Program-made: the position numbers and the translations under genes
Shown here: piece after piece, positions 30,705 to 42,093 of the stretch
Numbering within the stretch: position 1 is the stretch's first letter
Layout: the number at the start of each line of letters is the position of its first letter
DNA from: Alphaproteobacteria bacterium
GTDB taxonomy: Bacteria; Pseudomonadota; Alphaproteobacteria; MPNO01; UBA830
Length of the DNA stretch: 64,000 nt
Assembly (NCBI GenBank): GCA_964291215.2
Contig: OZ219791.1
Location: forward strand, 736,001-800,000
Direction of reading: 5' to 3'
Notes under the pieces: model-generated
What the model was told of the DNA's origin: nothing
Database searches by the model: none
Seen by the model: the letters and a program-made list of their open reading frames with translations, nothing else

Positions 30705-31433
30705 TCATGTCGTCTGCATCCCGAAATAGGCGCGCCGGATATCGGCGATATCCAGCTGCGCGGGCTTTCCTTCGAGCGTGACGCGACCCTCCATCAGGCA
30801 ATAGACGCGATCGGCGACCTCGAGGGCGCGCTGGAGATCCTGCTCGACGAGGAGCACCGTGGCGCCGCTTTCCCTGATCGCGGGCAGCGCTGCGTAGATG
30901 TCGCGCACCACGGCGGGTGAGAGGCCGAGCGAGACCTCGTCGCACAGCAGGAGACGCGGGTTGGACATCAGCGCCCGTCCGAACGCCGTCATCTGCTGCT
31001 GGCCACCCGACAGGCGGTCGGCCGGCAGGCGCCGCCGTTCGGCGAGCACGGGAAAGAGATCGAAGACGGCATCGAGGGTCCAGTGGCCGGCGCGCCCCGC
31101 GCGCTTGCTTCCGTACCCGCCGATCAGCAGGTTTTCCTCGACGCTGAGCGAAGTGAACAGGCGGCGGCCCTCGGGGACAAGAGCGATCCCGAGAGCGACG
31201 ATTTCGGCGGCTGACAGGTGGCCGATGACCCTGCCGTCGAAGCGGACGGCGTCGCCGGATCCCGGGTGGAGGCCGGCGACGCTGTGCAGAAGCGTCGACT
31301 TTCCGGCGCCGTTGGCGCCGATGACCGCCACCGTCTGGCCTTCGGAGATGGCGATGTCGACGCCGTACAGCGCCTGGAAATCGCCGTAGCGGGCGACCAG
31401 CCCGGTGGTCTCGAGAAGCGCTGCCGCCGTCAT
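30705..31433 (-). CDS. ABC ATPase (LivF-like)
   Basis: GANGAGKST and LSGGQQQM. Confidence 0.9.
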   Translation of the reverse strand: MTAAALLETTGLVARYGDFQALYGVDIAISEGQTVAVIGANGAGKSTLLHSVAGLHPGSGDAVRFDGRVIGHLSAAEIVALGIALVPEGRRLFTSLSVEENLLIGGYGSKRAGRAGHWTLDAVFDLFPVLAERRRLPADRLSGGQQQMTAFGRALMSNPRLLLCDEVSLGLSPAVVRDIYAALPAIRESGATVLLVEQDLQRALEVADRVYCLMEGRVTLEGKPAQLDIADIRRAYFGMQTT

Positions 31434-32146
31434 TCGGTCAGCCCCATGTAGATTTCCTGCACGTCGCGCGACGCCATGACCTCTTTCGGGACGCCGTCGG
31501 CAATCAACCGTCCGAAATTGAGCACGACCAGACGATCGACGGCGGCCAGCAGGGCGTGGACGACATGCTCGATCCAGATGATGGCGACGCCGCCGGCGTG
31601 GATGTCGGCGATCGCGGCGACCAGCTCCTCGCATTCGCGTTCGGTCAGCCCTCCCGCGATCTCGTCGAGCAGCAGGAGGCGCGGTCCGGTCGCCAGCGCA
31701 CGCGCCATTTCCAGGCGCTTGCGCTCGAGCAGCGACAGCGAACCGGCGACGCGGTTGGCCCGGTCCATCATCCGCGTGCGTTCGAGAACCTCGCCGCAGC
31801 GCCGCACGGCTTCGGCGGTGCCGAGGCCGCTGCCGTAGATCGCGCCGACCATCAGGTTCTCGAACACGGTCAGGGTCTCGAATGGCTGCGGGATCTGGTA
31901 GGATCGGCCGATGCCGGCATTGCAGCGTTCGGGCGGCGGAGCACCGCCGAGATCGCGGCCGTCGAGCTGGATCGTTCCCGAGTCCGGCGCCAGTTCGCCC
32001 GTCATCAGGTTGAACAGCGACGACTTGCCCGCCCCGTTGGGGCCGATGATGCCCACGGCTGCGCCTTCGGCGACGGACAGGCTCACCCCGTCGGCGACGA
32101 CGACGGATCCGAACGCTTTCGAAAGGCCGGTGATCTCGAGCAGCAT
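31430..32146 (-). CDS. ABC ATPase (LivG-like)
   Basis: GPNGAGKS, LLDE and IEH. Confidence 0.9.
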   Translation of the reverse strand: MLLEITGLSKAFGSVVVADGVSLSVAEGAAVGIIGPNGAGKSSLFNLMTGELAPDSGTIQLDGRDLGGAPPPERCNAGIGRSYQIPQPFETLTVFENLMVGAIYGSGLGTAEAVRRCGEVLERTRMMDRANRVAGSLSLLERKRLEMARALATGPRLLLLDEIAGGLTERECEELVAAIADIHAGGVAIIWIEHVVHALLAAVDRLVVLNFGRLIADGVPKEVMASRDVQEIYMGLTE

Positions 32147-32186
32147 CGGCGGACAGGCCGGCCGCTGTCCGCCGCCTGCGGGCCGC

Positions 32187-33509
32187 TCAGGAAAGCGCCT
32201 GCATCTCGGCGGTGACCGGGATCTGCGGCGCCGTGCGGTTGTCGGTGATCACGAGATCGTACTTGCCGCCGCCGACATGCCGCCACTGCCCGCCGACCAG
32301 CGGGGTCTTGGAAATGTTCTTGGCGGCGAACGGCGGCACGCCCTTCCCGTCCCAATGGACATTGCCGACTATGGTGTCGAGGTTGGTGGAAGCGATGGCG
32401 TCGCGAATGGCCTCGTTGCTGCCGATGTCGGCGGTCCGCTTGAGCACGTCGACGGCCATCTCGAACAGGCTGTGCACGAAACCGATCGGCTGCGTCCACT
32501 GCTTCCCGGTGGCCTTGCTATAGGCCCTTGCGAGCTCGGCGGACGACTGTCCGGTCAGCGACGAACGGAACGGATGCGCCGGTGTCCACCAGACTTCCGA
32601 GGACAGGTTGTGCCCGGCCTTGCCGAGGGCCTCGACCGAGACCGGGAACAGGATCGCCTTTCCGACGCTCGCCGCCTTGGGGCGGAAGCCCTGCTGGCGC
32701 GCCTGGGTCCAGAAGGTGGTGAAGTCGGGCGGCAGCATGACGCCGGTCATGATCTCCGCGCCGGCATTCTTGTAAGCGGTGATCTGGGCCGTGAAATCGT
32801 CCGTCAGATTCTGGTAGCGGCCGGGATCGATGAGCTTGAAGCCCTTGGCGGCCAGCGCCGGCGGGAAGCCCACATTCTTGTCGCCCCAGGCATTGCCGTC
32901 TGCGTCGTTGGGAAAGGCGGCGCCGACCACCTTGTTGGTGTCGAGCTGTGACCACATGTTGGTGAACACCGCGATGACGTCCTCAAGCCCCCAGAAATAG
33001 TGATAGGCCCAGTCGAAGCGCTTCCAGGTCTTCGGATCGCCCGGATTGCCCTGCTGGCCGATGAACCAGGGCTGCCACGGGCAGTTGGTCGAGATGCAGG
33101 GCACCTCTTCGATCTCGCACTGCGTCGCGACCGGGTTGGTGGTTTCCGGGGTGTTGGCGACCATGATCAGGTCGACCTTGTCGTCGACGATCAGCTCCTT
33201 GGCCACTTCGGCCGCGCGGTTCGGGTTGGATTGCGAATCCTTGACGATCACCTCGATCTTGTGGGTCTGCTTGCCGAGCTTGAGACCGTTGCGCATCACC
33301 GCGCGGAAGGCATCGGCGGTGAAGTTGTCGCTTTCGCCGAACGGTGCGAGCGGGCCGGTCTGCGGGCTTACATAGCCGAGCTTGATGGTCCGCGCCTGCG
33401 CGATCGCGGGGGCCGGGAACTGGGACATGGCCGCCGCCGCGCCTGCCGCTGCCGATGTCGCCACGAAGGTGCGGCGCGTGACCCTGCACCCCTTTTCGTC
33501 TGTCTTCAT
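32187..33509 (-). CDS. ABC substrate-binding protein (LivK-like, Tat signal)
   Basis: TRRTFV Tat motif; SPQTGPLA and DSQSNPNRAA. Confidence 0.9.
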   Translation of the reverse strand: MKTDEKGCRVTRRTFVATSAAAGAAAAMSQFPAPAIAQARTIKLGYVSPQTGPLAPFGESDNFTADAFRAVMRNGLKLGKQTHKIEVIVKDSQSNPNRAAEVAKELIVDDKVDLIMVANTPETTNPVATQCEIEEVPCISTNCPWQPWFIGQQGNPGDPKTWKRFDWAYHYFWGLEDVIAVFTNMWSQLDTNKVVGAAFPNDADGNAWGDKNVGFPPALAAKGFKLIDPGRYQNLTDDFTAQITAYKNAGAEIMTGVMLPPDFTTFWTQARQQGFRPKAASVGKAILFPVSVEALGKAGHNLSSEVWWTPAHPFRSSLTGQSSAELARAYSKATGKQWTQPIGFVHSLFEMAVDVLKRTADIGSNEAIRDAIASTNLDTIVGNVHWDGKGVPPFAAKNISKTPLVGGQWRHVGGGKYDLVITDNRTAPQIPVTAEMQALS

Positions 33510-33525
33510 CTGCTGTTTCCTCCGG

Positions 33526-35130
33526 TTACTTGTCCTTGGCGACGTGATAGCTCAGTGCGCCGGGATCGGTGAGGTCGGGAACGGTCCAGCCGTCGAGATC
33601 GTATTCGGCCATGCACTGTTCGGCGAATCCCTTCATCTTGTCGACATCGCCGCTCGCCATGGCGCCGAACAGCGCGTAGCGGCGGATCTCCTCGGTCGAA
33701 CCGGAATAGTTGATCTCGTAGAGCTCGTGCCGGCCTCCGAACTCGGTTCCGATGGCGTCCCACAGGAGCTTCATCAGCTTGACCCTGTGCTCCGCATCAT
33801 AGCCGTTCGAGCCCCGGAGATAACGGTCCAGATAGGGCCGCAACTCGGGACTGGCGAAGTCCCTGGCGTGCGAGTTCAGGAAGATCAGGCCCGAGGCCGC
33901 CGTCTCCTCGATGATATACTTGATCTTCGAATAGGCGAAGCTCATCAGCACCTGGTAGGCGCTCGCCGGCGTCATGTTCGGCAGCAGGTAGTCGCCGAGC
34001 CACGGCATCGGGTTGCGCACCATGGCGTCCGTCAGCGACCAGAACATGTTGCGCCAGGCGATGATCTCGCCGACATTGGCCTGGACACCGCGGAAATCCT
34101 TGGTGCCGGCGGCGTCGATCGCCTTGAGAATCAGCCCCGCGATGAAGTCGAGCTTCACCGCCAGGCGCGTGCAGCCGTGCAGCAGCGCACGCGGCAGGAA
34201 TCCGGTTTGCGGGAAGAAGTTGTTGGCCGTGTCGATGTCACCGTAGACGAAGACATTTTCCCATGGAATCAGCACCTTGTCGAGCACGAAGATCGCGTCG
34301 TTCTCGTCCATGCGGCTCGACAGCGGATAGTCGAACGGACTGCCCATGACGGTCGCGGTCAGTTCGAACGAGGTGCGGCAGATGAACTTCACGCCTGGTG
34401 CGTTGGACGGGATCATGAAGATGGCCGCGAAGTTCTTGTCCTGGATCGGGATCAGGCCGTGATGGGCGACGAACGTGTAGTTGGTCAGGGCCGATCCGGT
34501 GGCGACGACCTTGGCGCCGGAAACGACGATGCCGGCGTCGGTCTCCTTCTCGACATGCACGCAGACATCGCCGACCTCGTTCGGCGGCTTGTCGCGGTCC
34601 ATCGGGGGATGAATGATCGCGTGATTGACGAACGGCACCCGCTCCTGGCTGAACCTGTACCAGCGCTGCGCGTTCTCCTGGTAGGGGTTGTAGAACTCGG
34701 CGTTGGCGCCGAGCGTGGCGAGAAACGCCGCCTTGTAGTCCGGTGCGCGGCCGGCCCAGCCATAGGTCAGGCGCGCCCACTGGGCGATGGCGTCGCGCCC
34801 GGCAACCGAGTCCTCGACCGTCTTCGGCGCCTTGAAATAGGCCTGGGTCATGCCGCCGGAGCCGGTGTCGGTTGGCGTCATCAGGTTTCCGGCGAGTTCC
34901 GGATCGTGCATGGCGTCGTAGAGCCGCGCGATCATGCGCGCCGTGTTGCGGAAGGCCGGGTGCTCGGTAACCTTGCCGACCCGCTCGCCGTAGATGTAGA
35001 TCGCGCGGCCGTCGTCGATCGAGTCGAGAAACTCGGCCCCGGTCATCGAAGAGGATGCCGTCACGTTGCCGATGGTTTCCGGCCGGGCCGCGTACGCGAC
35101 CTTCTCTTCGAAATGGCGAATGTCGTCCAT
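33526..35130 (-). CDS. 4-hydroxyphenylacetate 3-hydroxylase (HpaB)-family flavin monooxygenase
   Basis: [23 protein letters not shown] and GGRHELYE motifs. Confidence 0.9.
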   Translation of the reverse strand: MDDIRHFEEKVAYAARPETIGNVTASSSMTGAEFLDSIDDGRAIYIYGERVGKVTEHPAFRNTARMIARLYDAMHDPELAGNLMTPTDTGSGGMTQAYFKAPKTVEDSVAGRDAIAQWARLTYGWAGRAPDYKAAFLATLGANAEFYNPYQENAQRWYRFSQERVPFVNHAIIHPPMDRDKPPNEVGDVCVHVEKETDAGIVVSGAKVVATGSALTNYTFVAHHGLIPIQDKNFAAIFMIPSNAPGVKFICRTSFELTATVMGSPFDYPLSSRMDENDAIFVLDKVLIPWENVFVYGDIDTANNFFPQTGFLPRALLHGCTRLAVKLDFIAGLILKAIDAAGTKDFRGVQANVGEIIAWRNMFWSLTDAMVRNPMPWLGDYLLPNMTPASAYQVLMSFAYSKIKYIIEETAASGLIFLNSHARDFASPELRPYLDRYLRGSNGYDAEHRVKLMKLLWDAIGTEFGGRHELYEINYSGSTEEIRRYALFGAMASGDVDKMKGFAEQCMAEYDLDGWTVPDLTDPGALSYHVAKDK

Positions 35131-35295
35131 GAACTGCCTCCGCTGGCGCTGGGGTTCGGCCGATATTGGCTTGTTTGCCGGTCGTGGGCAAGCGCAGCGG
35201 AGTGCGCGCCTTGAAGTCGGGCCGACACTCCCGGATACTGTGGCCGGCACGGTCCGGCGGCCGTATGTGGACGCCGGTTGTAGAGGAGAACGGAA

Positions 35296-36564
35296 TTGCA
35301 GCACGACGACACGACTGCGGCCGGAACCGACGGCGCCGTGCCGGTTCCCGGCGCGTGGCCCGCCGACATGACGCTGATTCCGGACTGGATCTACACCGAC
35401 CCCGACATCTACGAACGCGAAAAGGACAGGATATTCCTCGGAGCGCACTGGAACTATGTCGGCCTCGAATGCGAAGCGCCGAACCCCGGCGACTATTTCC
35501 GTTCCTATGTGGGCCCGTTCCCCGTGGTCGTCGCGCGCGACGAGGACGGAGAGATCCATGTCTTCGAGAACCGCTGTGCCCATCGCGGTGTCGAGTTCTG
35601 CCGCGCCTACCGCGGGTCCGGTGAACGCTTCATCTGTCCGTATCACAACTGGACCTACAACCTTCGCGGCGATCTCGTCGCGGTGCCGTTCCGCCGCGGG
35701 GTGCGGGGCCGGGGCGGGGCGCCCGCCGGCTTCGACATGGCCGCGCACGGGCTGGCAAGGTTTCGGGTGGCGCGCCGCGGCGGCGTGGTCTTTGCGACCG
35801 TCGGCGACGAGGTCGAATCCCTCGAGGATTATCTCGGGCCGGGCATCCTCAAGGAGTTCGACGCCACCTTCGACGGCGGCGAGATGCGGCTCCTCGGCGT
35901 CCACCGCAATCTCGTCCGAAGCAACTGGAAGCTCTACCAGGAGAACCTCAAGGATCCCTATCATGCGACGCTGCTGCACACCTATCTGACGACGTTCGGC
36001 CTCTTCGTCACCAGCAATGAGACCAGCATTCCAACCGACGCGCGCGGCCGCCATGGCGGCCTTCTGACGCGGCGGCCCGAAGGTCGGCCGGAGGTCACCG
36101 AAGAGGAGCAGAGCGACATGCAGGCGTTTCGCGCCGCGATGGAGCTGAACGACCCCCGCGTGCTCGATTTCGTGCGTGAATTCGAGTCCGAATGGTCGGC
36201 CTCGGTGCTGACGATCTTCCCGACGCTCACGGCGTTGCGCCAGACCAACATTCTCAACACGCGGCTCCTGGTCCCGCGCGGCCCCGATTCCTTCATGATG
36301 GTCTGGACCGTGTTCGGGCGCGCCGGGGACGACGACGAGATGGTCCGCCACCGGCTCCGCCAGAACAACATCTTCGGCCCTGCCGGCTTCCTCGGAATCG
36401 AGGACAACGAGGCGCTCGCCTTCCTCCAGCAGGGCGTGCGGAGGTCGCGCCCGGGCTACGGGCTCGCGATGCTCGGCGACGACGGCGAGCCGGTCGACAC
36501 CATGATCACCGAACGCGCCATTCGCGGCATGTACCGCTACTACCGCGACGTGATGGATCTCTGA
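35296..36564 (+). CDS. Rieske aromatic ring-hydroxylating oxygenase alpha subunit (salicylate 5-hydroxylase-like)
   Basis: CAHRG...CPYH Rieske ligands; [13 protein letters not shown]. Confidence 0.92.
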   Translation: MQHDDTTAAGTDGAVPVPGAWPADMTLIPDWIYTDPDIYEREKDRIFLGAHWNYVGLECEAPNPGDYFRSYVGPFPVVVARDEDGEIHVFENRCAHRGVEFCRAYRGSGERFICPYHNWTYNLRGDLVAVPFRRGVRGRGGAPAGFDMAAHGLARFRVARRGGVVFATVGDEVESLEDYLGPGILKEFDATFDGGEMRLLGVHRNLVRSNWKLYQENLKDPYHATLLHTYLTTFGLFVTSNETSIPTDARGRHGGLLTRRPEGRPEVTEEEQSDMQAFRAAMELNDPRVLDFVREFESEWSASVLTIFPTLTALRQTNILNTRLLVPRGPDSFMMVWTVFGRAGDDDEMVRHRLRQNNIFGPAGFLGIEDNEALAFLQQGVRRSRPGYGLAMLGDDGEPVDTMITERAIRGMYRYYRDVMDL

Positions 36565-37064
36565 TGACGGCGGCCGTCATGACCCCGGCCGCCGAGTGGC
36601 GCGAGATCCGCTTCGCGATCGAGGAATTCCACACCGAATATGCCGCCGTGCTCGACCGCTTCGACCTCGACCGGTGGGTCGAGTTCTTTACCGAGGACGC
36701 CGTGTACCACGTCGTCGCCCGCGACAACGAGGAGTCCGGCCTGCCGCTGGGGCTCATTTACTGCGAGGGCAAGGCGATGCTGAAGGATCGCGCCTATGCC
36801 ATCCTGAACACCGAGATGTTCGCACCGCGCTATCTCCAGCTCTCGGTGACCAACACCCGGATCCGCGCCGTGGAGGGGCAGCTGGTGCGCGCGGAAGCCA
36901 ACTACCAGCTCTTCGAGACTCTCGTCGAGGAGCCGACGCGTGTGCAGCAGGTCGGAAAGTACCGCGACCTGTTCGTCGTGGACGGCCGCGCGGTCCTGCT
37001 CAAGGAGCGTCGGTGCGTCTATGACAGCGTGATGATCGACAATTGCCTGGTGTTTCCGGTCTGA
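36564..37064 (+). CDS. Ring-hydroxylating oxygenase beta subunit
   Basis: TGATG overlap with alpha; [11 protein letters not shown] and GKYRD motifs. Confidence 0.9.
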   Translation: MTAAVMTPAAEWREIRFAIEEFHTEYAAVLDRFDLDRWVEFFTEDAVYHVVARDNEESGLPLGLIYCEGKAMLKDRAYAILNTEMFAPRYLQLSVTNTRIRAVEGQLVRAEANYQLFETLVEEPTRVQQVGKYRDLFVVDGRAVLLKERRCVYDSVMIDNCLVFPV

Positions 37065-37096
37065 CCGTGGCACCTGGCCGGCGAAAGGACTCCGAC

Positions 37097-37468
37097 ATGG
37101 CACAGCAGCCGCTCGCAACCAAGGGCAACTACTTCCACATCTACGACTTCCGGGTCAGGCCGGGGACCGGCCCCGAGTTCCTCAGGAAATTCGAGGAGTT
37201 CGACTATTCCGATGACAATCCGATGCACAAGTCGCCGGCCCAGGTGAAGGACGGCGTCATGCTTCAGGACATCGACGACCCGGACCATTTCTACCTCATC
37301 GCTGAATGGGCCGATGTCGAGGAACACCGGAGAATCCTGAACGAGGTGCAGGCGATGGCGCCCGAGTTCGCCGGCTACATCGAGGATCTCGACAAGGGTG
37401 CCTTCATTCCCAAGTATGCCGAAATCGTGTCGTCGACGCCGCAGCACATTCTCGACGCGGCCGAATGA
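37097..37468 (+). CDS. ABM-like dimeric alpha/beta barrel protein
   Basis: AAGGA RBS; FRVRPG...DPDHFYLIAEW pattern. Confidence 0.65.
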   Translation: MAQQPLATKGNYFHIYDFRVRPGTGPEFLRKFEEFDYSDDNPMHKSPAQVKDGVMLQDIDDPDHFYLIAEWADVEEHRRILNEVQAMAPEFAGYIEDLDKGAFIPKYAEIVSSTPQHILDAAE

Positions 37469-37527
37469 CGCGGCGGCGGTCCGCGCACCTTCGGCGCTGC
37501 CGCCCGGCCGCGCCCGAAGCGTAGACC

Positions 37528-39822
37528 TCAGTCGCCCCCGTCGGTCGCGTCCGGAGTACCCGGCCGCAGGACGCCGGGGCCGGTTGCGGCTCGCGCCGCC
37601 GGAGGCTGGTTCGCCGGTTGCGGCGGACGGGCCTCCTCGAGCCGCACCGACGCGGCTGGCGCGCGGCCCGACTTGTCCTCGCCGAAATACACCGTCTGGT
37701 GGGGGAACGGAATCTCGATCCCGAGCTCGTCGAAACGGTGCTTGACGCGGCGGTTGAACTCGCGCCCCACGGACCACTGCATACCGGGATCCGTCATGAT
37801 CCGGCCGCGGATGACGACCGCCGAATCGGCAAGCGCATCGAGCCCCATGATCTCGAGCGGTTCGCGCACCACCGGGCCGAAGATCGGGTCGGCCCTGAGC
37901 TCCTCGCCGATGACGGACAGTATCCCGATCACCTCGTCGACATCTTCGCGATAGGCCACGCCGATGTTGAAGACATGCCGCGAATAGTCCTTGGTCATGT
38001 TGGTGACCGTGGAAACCGAGCTGAAGGGGAGGACATGCACGTTGCCGCCGAGATCGCGGAGACGGATGGTGCGGATCGTGATGTCCTCGACGGTGCCGGT
38101 GATGCCGCCGACCGAGATCACGTCGCTGACGGCGAACTGGTCCTCGGCGAGTATGAAGAAGCCGGTGATCACGTCCTTGACCAGCGTCTGTGCGCCGAAT
38201 CCGACCGCGAGGCCGACGACGCCGGCGCCGGCGAGCAGCGGTCCGATATCGACCCCGATCTCCGACAGGACCACGAAACCCGAGATTGTCACGGTGACGA
38301 TCAGCAGAGTCCGGCGGAGCAGGGGAAGCAGCGTGCGCGCCCGGGCGCCCGGCTCGCGGTCACCGGCGAGCTGGCGCTCGATCATCGCGCTCGCGATCTC
38401 CCAGAACAGGGCGGCGGCGGCGCCGACGACGGCGATCGAGACCGCGGCGCCGATCACCCTGCGTCCGGCGTCGGTGGCGATCCAGTCGAAGGCCTCGATG
38501 CCCCAGGCTTCCAACGCCGCCAGCGCCGCGAACACGGTGACGAGCGCCGTTGCAGCGACATGCAGGATCGCGAAATACCGGTCCGCTCGGGTGGCGAGAG
38601 CAGGATAGCGGGCGATGATGTCGGCGCGCAGCCCGAAGACATGGTTGAGGATCCGGTGCGCGGCGATGATCAGGAGCTTGGCCGCGATCACGATCGCGAG
38701 GCTGATCGCGCTGGCCTGCAGGACGTACGCGAAGCCGCCCGGAATGCCGAGCATCCAGACGGCGTAGACGGCGCCGAAATAGATCACCGCGAGCACGTGC
38801 CAGATGTCGGCGAACCGCCTGCGGAGCAGCCGCAGACCGGCGAACCCGCCCCCCTCCGGTCCGCGGAGCCAGGCGCCGACGGCCTCCCGGTTCTGAAGCA
38901 CGAAGATCATTGCCAGCAGCGCGAAAACCAGCCCGATGATCCGCGTCAGCGCCATGTAGGCGCCCGCCGCGAGGCCCAGTGACAGCGAGGCCTCGGCCAG
39001 GAAGTAGCCGGCGGCACCGACCATGGCGAAGCGGCGGACCCACGCCATGAGGTAGTTCGCGCTCTCGTCGCCGAGGCCGACGATCCGCAGATTGACGGCC
39101 CGCGGCGCAAGGACCGTCCTCCCGGCCGTAATGACGAGACTGGCGGCAATCGCGGCGTTTGTCGTCGCCAGCGCGATGATGCGCGTGAACTCCCGCGGCT
39201 CCAGGAGCGCGAGGAGGACGTAGCCGGCGGCGGCGAAGGCGGCCACCGGGAGGAGGTCGAGAATCATCCTCACCGCGAGGAACGGCAGGCGCGTCCAGGC
39301 GCTTTCCCTCTGCTGCCCCTCCACCGCCGCGCGCGGCGCCGCGAGAAGCCGGTGTGCGGCCGCCCGGATCAGGATGGCGGCGGCAAGGATGAGCGCCAGC
39401 TTCCAGAGGAAGTCGAGCCATGTGCGGCGCGCCTCGGGACTTGCCGCCTGATCGCGGAGCCACGCCGCCGTCTGCGACACGCTGAACAGAACCGAGGTGC
39501 CGGCGACGAGGTCTGCGGCGAGCCTTCCGGCGCGGCCCTGAAGGCCGCCCGGAGTCGGGTCGCCATCCCGGGCGGTTGCGCCGCGCAGCAGTTCGAGCTG
39601 GCGCAGCAGCCGCGCGCGGGCCTCCGGATCCCTGAGCGTGGCAGCGAGATCGTCGATCTCCGCGGCCTCCGCCCGCAGCGCGGAGCTGGCAGCCCGCTGC
39701 GCGGCCGTGCTCTGCGTCCCTTCATCCGCGCCCTGCGGCTGCGCCGGCAGGGGTAACGCGAGAAGCAGGGCGACGACGGCCGGCGCGAGCAGCTTCGGGA
39801 CGAGGCGGAGCAGCAGTTTCAT
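37528..39822 (-). CDS. Large MscS-family mechanosensitive channel (YbiO-like)
   Basis: LLAGAGVVGLAVGFGAQTLVKD and GIEIPFP motifs. Confidence 0.92.
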   Translation of the reverse strand: MKLLLRLVPKLLAPAVVALLLALPLPAQPQGADEGTQSTAAQRAASSALRAEAAEIDDLAATLRDPEARARLLRQLELLRGATARDGDPTPGGLQGRAGRLAADLVAGTSVLFSVSQTAAWLRDQAASPEARRTWLDFLWKLALILAAAILIRAAAHRLLAAPRAAVEGQQRESAWTRLPFLAVRMILDLLPVAAFAAAGYVLLALLEPREFTRIIALATTNAAIAASLVITAGRTVLAPRAVNLRIVGLGDESANYLMAWVRRFAMVGAAGYFLAEASLSLGLAAGAYMALTRIIGLVFALLAMIFVLQNREAVGAWLRGPEGGGFAGLRLLRRRFADIWHVLAVIYFGAVYAVWMLGIPGGFAYVLQASAISLAIVIAAKLLIIAAHRILNHVFGLRADIIARYPALATRADRYFAILHVAATALVTVFAALAALEAWGIEAFDWIATDAGRRVIGAAVSIAVVGAAAALFWEIASAMIERQLAGDREPGARARTLLPLLRRTLLIVTVTISGFVVLSEIGVDIGPLLAGAGVVGLAVGFGAQTLVKDVITGFFILAEDQFAVSDVISVGGITGTVEDITIRTIRLRDLGGNVHVLPFSSVSTVTNMTKDYSRHVFNIGVAYREDVDEVIGILSVIGEELRADPIFGPVVREPLEIMGLDALADSAVVIRGRIMTDPGMQWSVGREFNRRVKHRFDELGIEIPFPHQTVYFGEDKSGRAPAASVRLEEARPPQPANQPPAARAATGPGVLRPGTPDATDGGD

Positions 39823-39977
39823 GGCCTCAGGAGCTTGGTCGAGCGATGTGAAAGCCTATATGCTCCGCATCGCCATGTCACATGATCCGGCCGTGCCGGT
39901 GCGTGGTCGCCCGCGGTCCTGCCGGCACGTGCCGGGGCGGTGCGCCCTGCGCTCTACAACAACAGGATCGTCCTTTC

Positions 39978-40898
39978 GTGTCTGGCCGCATCTCCGCGAC
40001 ATGGCTCCGGCTGCCGCCCAATCTGCGGGGGATCCTGTGGATCCTGATGGGCACACTTTCCTTTGCCGCCAACGATGTCATGGTCAAGTCGCTTGGTCAG
40101 ACCATGACGCCGTTCCAGCTGGCGTTCTTCCGCTATTCGCTGGGCTTTCTCGTAATGATGCCGATCTTCCTGCGCATGGGGCTGCCGGCGCTGAAGACGA
40201 GCCGGCCCGGAATCCACGGCGCCCGTCTCATTGTCGCCTGCATCGCCCAGGTCGGCGTCTTCACGTCGGTCGTGCACTTGCCGCTGGCGGATGCCACGGC
40301 GCTCGCCTTCTCGCGCATCCTGTTCACGACGGTTGTCGCAGTGATAATGCTCCGCGAGATCGTGGGCGGGCGGCGCTGGACGGCGACCGCGGTCGGCTTC
40401 GTCGGCGTCATCATCATGGTGCGCCCGGGCGGGGACATTGATCCGGTGGCGCTGATCGCGATCGGCGCCGCCTGCATGTTCGCGGTGGCCAACGTCATGA
40501 TACGGATGATGGCGACCACGGAACCGCCGAACCGGATCCTCTTTTTCTACCAGTGCGGTGGCGCGCTGGTGTTCCTCGCCCCGACCATCTGGCTCTGGCA
40601 GACGCCTCCGACCATCCATCACTGGGGCATGGCAGGCGCCATCGGCGTCCTGACGACGCTCGGGATGGTCGGGTTCATCCGCGGATTCGCGGTCGGCGAG
40701 GCCAGCGTCATCGGACCGGTGGAATATGTCCGGCTGATCTTCGCCGTCCTTCTCGGGCTGTTGATTTTTGGCGAGGTTCCCGATCTCTGGACCGTTGTCG
40801 GCGCGCTGATCATCGTCGGGTCCACGGGCCTGCTGGCCCGCGCCGAGGCGGCGTCGAGCCAGCGACAGGATGCCGGCGGCGCCAGCCCGGCCGGCTGA
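39978..40898 (+). CDS. DMT/EamA-family transporter
   Basis: About ten TM helices; LREIVG and GEVPD motifs; start approximate. Confidence 0.85.
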   Translation: MSGRISATWLRLPPNLRGILWILMGTLSFAANDVMVKSLGQTMTPFQLAFFRYSLGFLVMMPIFLRMGLPALKTSRPGIHGARLIVACIAQVGVFTSVVHLPLADATALAFSRILFTTVVAVIMLREIVGGRRWTATAVGFVGVIIMVRPGGDIDPVALIAIGAACMFAVANVMIRMMATTEPPNRILFFYQCGGALVFLAPTIWLWQTPPTIHHWGMAGAIGVLTTLGMVGFIRGFAVGEASVIGPVEYVRLIFAVLLGLLIFGEVPDLWTVVGALIIVGSTGLLARAEAASSQRQDAGGASPAG

Positions 40899-40914
40899 AC
40901 CGGACCGTGGCGCC

Positions 40915-41199
40915 TTATCGCTGGGCGCGGCGGCCGGGTTGTCGGAGCCAGCCGAACTGCCGTTGGGCTGCCCCGACGGCATCATCGAGCCTGTCGAAGG
41001 CAGCCGTGCCGATGGCGCCCGTTGGGCGCCATCCGGCCGGATCCTCGGGGTCGCGCCGCCATTCGTCATAACGGTAGCGGCCGTCGCCGGTCCGGAAGAT
41101 GTCGACGCAGCGCAGCCCGTCGGCGCTCTCGATCGATCTGACGATGGTTCGCGTCCCGCCCGGGCGGCAGGATTCGCGTCCGTCGGATTGCCCGGACAA
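40915..41199 (-). CDS. Small hypothetical protein
   Basis: TTG with purine-rich RBS; protein-like CVDIF...WRRDPED...GW segment; start uncertain. Confidence 0.55.
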   Translation of the reverse strand: MSGQSDGRESCRPGGTRTIVRSIESADGLRCVDIFRTGDGRYRYDEWRRDPEDPAGWRPTGAIGTAAFDRLDDAVGAAQRQFGWLRQPGRRAQR

Positions 41200-41300
41200 T
41201 TCTGTTCCCCCGTCTGTGCCGTGCTGTTGACCGGCGCCAGCCGAACCTATATACAGCGTCTGACTTGCATTGAAACCGAACCGCAAGCCGGGGTTTAGCC

Positions 41301-41435
41301 TTGAAACGCACTTTCCAACCCAGTGTCCTGGTCCGCAAACGCCGGCACGGCTTCCGCGCACGCAAGCAGACGGTCGGGGGCCGCCGGGTTCTCGCCCGTC
41401 GCCGCGCCAAGGGTCGCAAGCGTCTTTCTGCCTGA
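41301..41435 (+). CDS. rpmH: 50S ribosomal protein L34
   Basis: (M)[20 protein letters not shown]...GRKRLSA; too short for the ORF track. Confidence 0.96.
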   Translation: MKRTFQPSVLVRKRRHGFRARKQTVGGRRVLARRRAKGRKRLSA

Positions 41436-41447
41436 CCGGGCGGCGCC

Positions 41448-41804
41448 GTGCTTGAGCGCCTGAGGACCCGTCGGCAGTTTCTTCGCGTTGCTGCAGGCAA
41501 CAGGAAATGCGCCATGCCGGGAGTCGTGCTGCAGGTCGTGGCGCAGCCGCCGCATGACCGCTCGTCCCGGGGCGCCATGCGCTATGGCCTGACGGTGAGC
41601 CGGCGGGTTGGCAACGCGGTGGTGCGCAACCGGGTGCGCCGCCGTCTGCGCGCAGTGGCCGAGAAGGTCCTGCCGTGCGCCGCCGCCGACGGGCACGACT
41701 ATGTGCTGATCGGCCGCAAGGCGTCGGCGGGCCGGCGGTTCGACGCGCTGGAGCGGGATGTCGAGACCGGCCTGCGCCAGCTCGGCGCGGCAAGGGAATC
41801 GTGA
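41448..41804 (+). CDS. rnpA: RNase P protein component
   Basis: [14 protein letters not shown] motif. Confidence 0.95.
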   Translation: MLERLRTRRQFLRVAAGNRKCAMPGVVLQVVAQPPHDRSSRGAMRYGLTVSRRVGNAVVRNRVRRRLRAVAEKVLPCAAADGHDYVLIGRKASAGRRFDALERDVETGLRQLGAARES

Positions 41805-41805
41805 G

Positions 41806-42087
41806 ATGGCCGAAACGCGGCGCTCAGGCATGATGGTGTGCGCGACGGCATCGCTGCGCCGGTTCGCGACCGGTATCCTGGTGTGGCTGGTCAGGGGTTA
41901 CCGGCTTCTCGTCTCGCCGGTGCTGCCGCCGTCCTGCCGCTTCCACCCGACCTGCTCGGGCTATGCGATCGAGGCCCTCAGGGCCCACGGCCCGTTGCGC
42001 GGCGGCGCCATGGCGCTCGCTCGCATCGCGCGCTGCCACCCTTGGGGCGGGCAGGGTTTCGACCCGGTTCCCCCGGCGCGGAAATAG
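41806..42087 (+). CDS. yidD: Membrane protein insertion efficiency factor
   Basis: CRFHPTCS...RCHPWGG motif. Confidence 0.95.
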   Translation: MAETRRSGMMVCATASLRRFATGILVWLVRGYRLLVSPVLPPSCRFHPTCSGYAIEALRAHGPLRGGAMALARIARCHPWGGQGFDPVPPARK

Positions 42088-42093
42088 GCGGTC

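Noticed and set aside
33526-36351. 941-aa fusion ORF
   Set aside because: The first ~400 aa are the antisense shadow of the Rieske alpha gene; HpaB homology starts near 35130.
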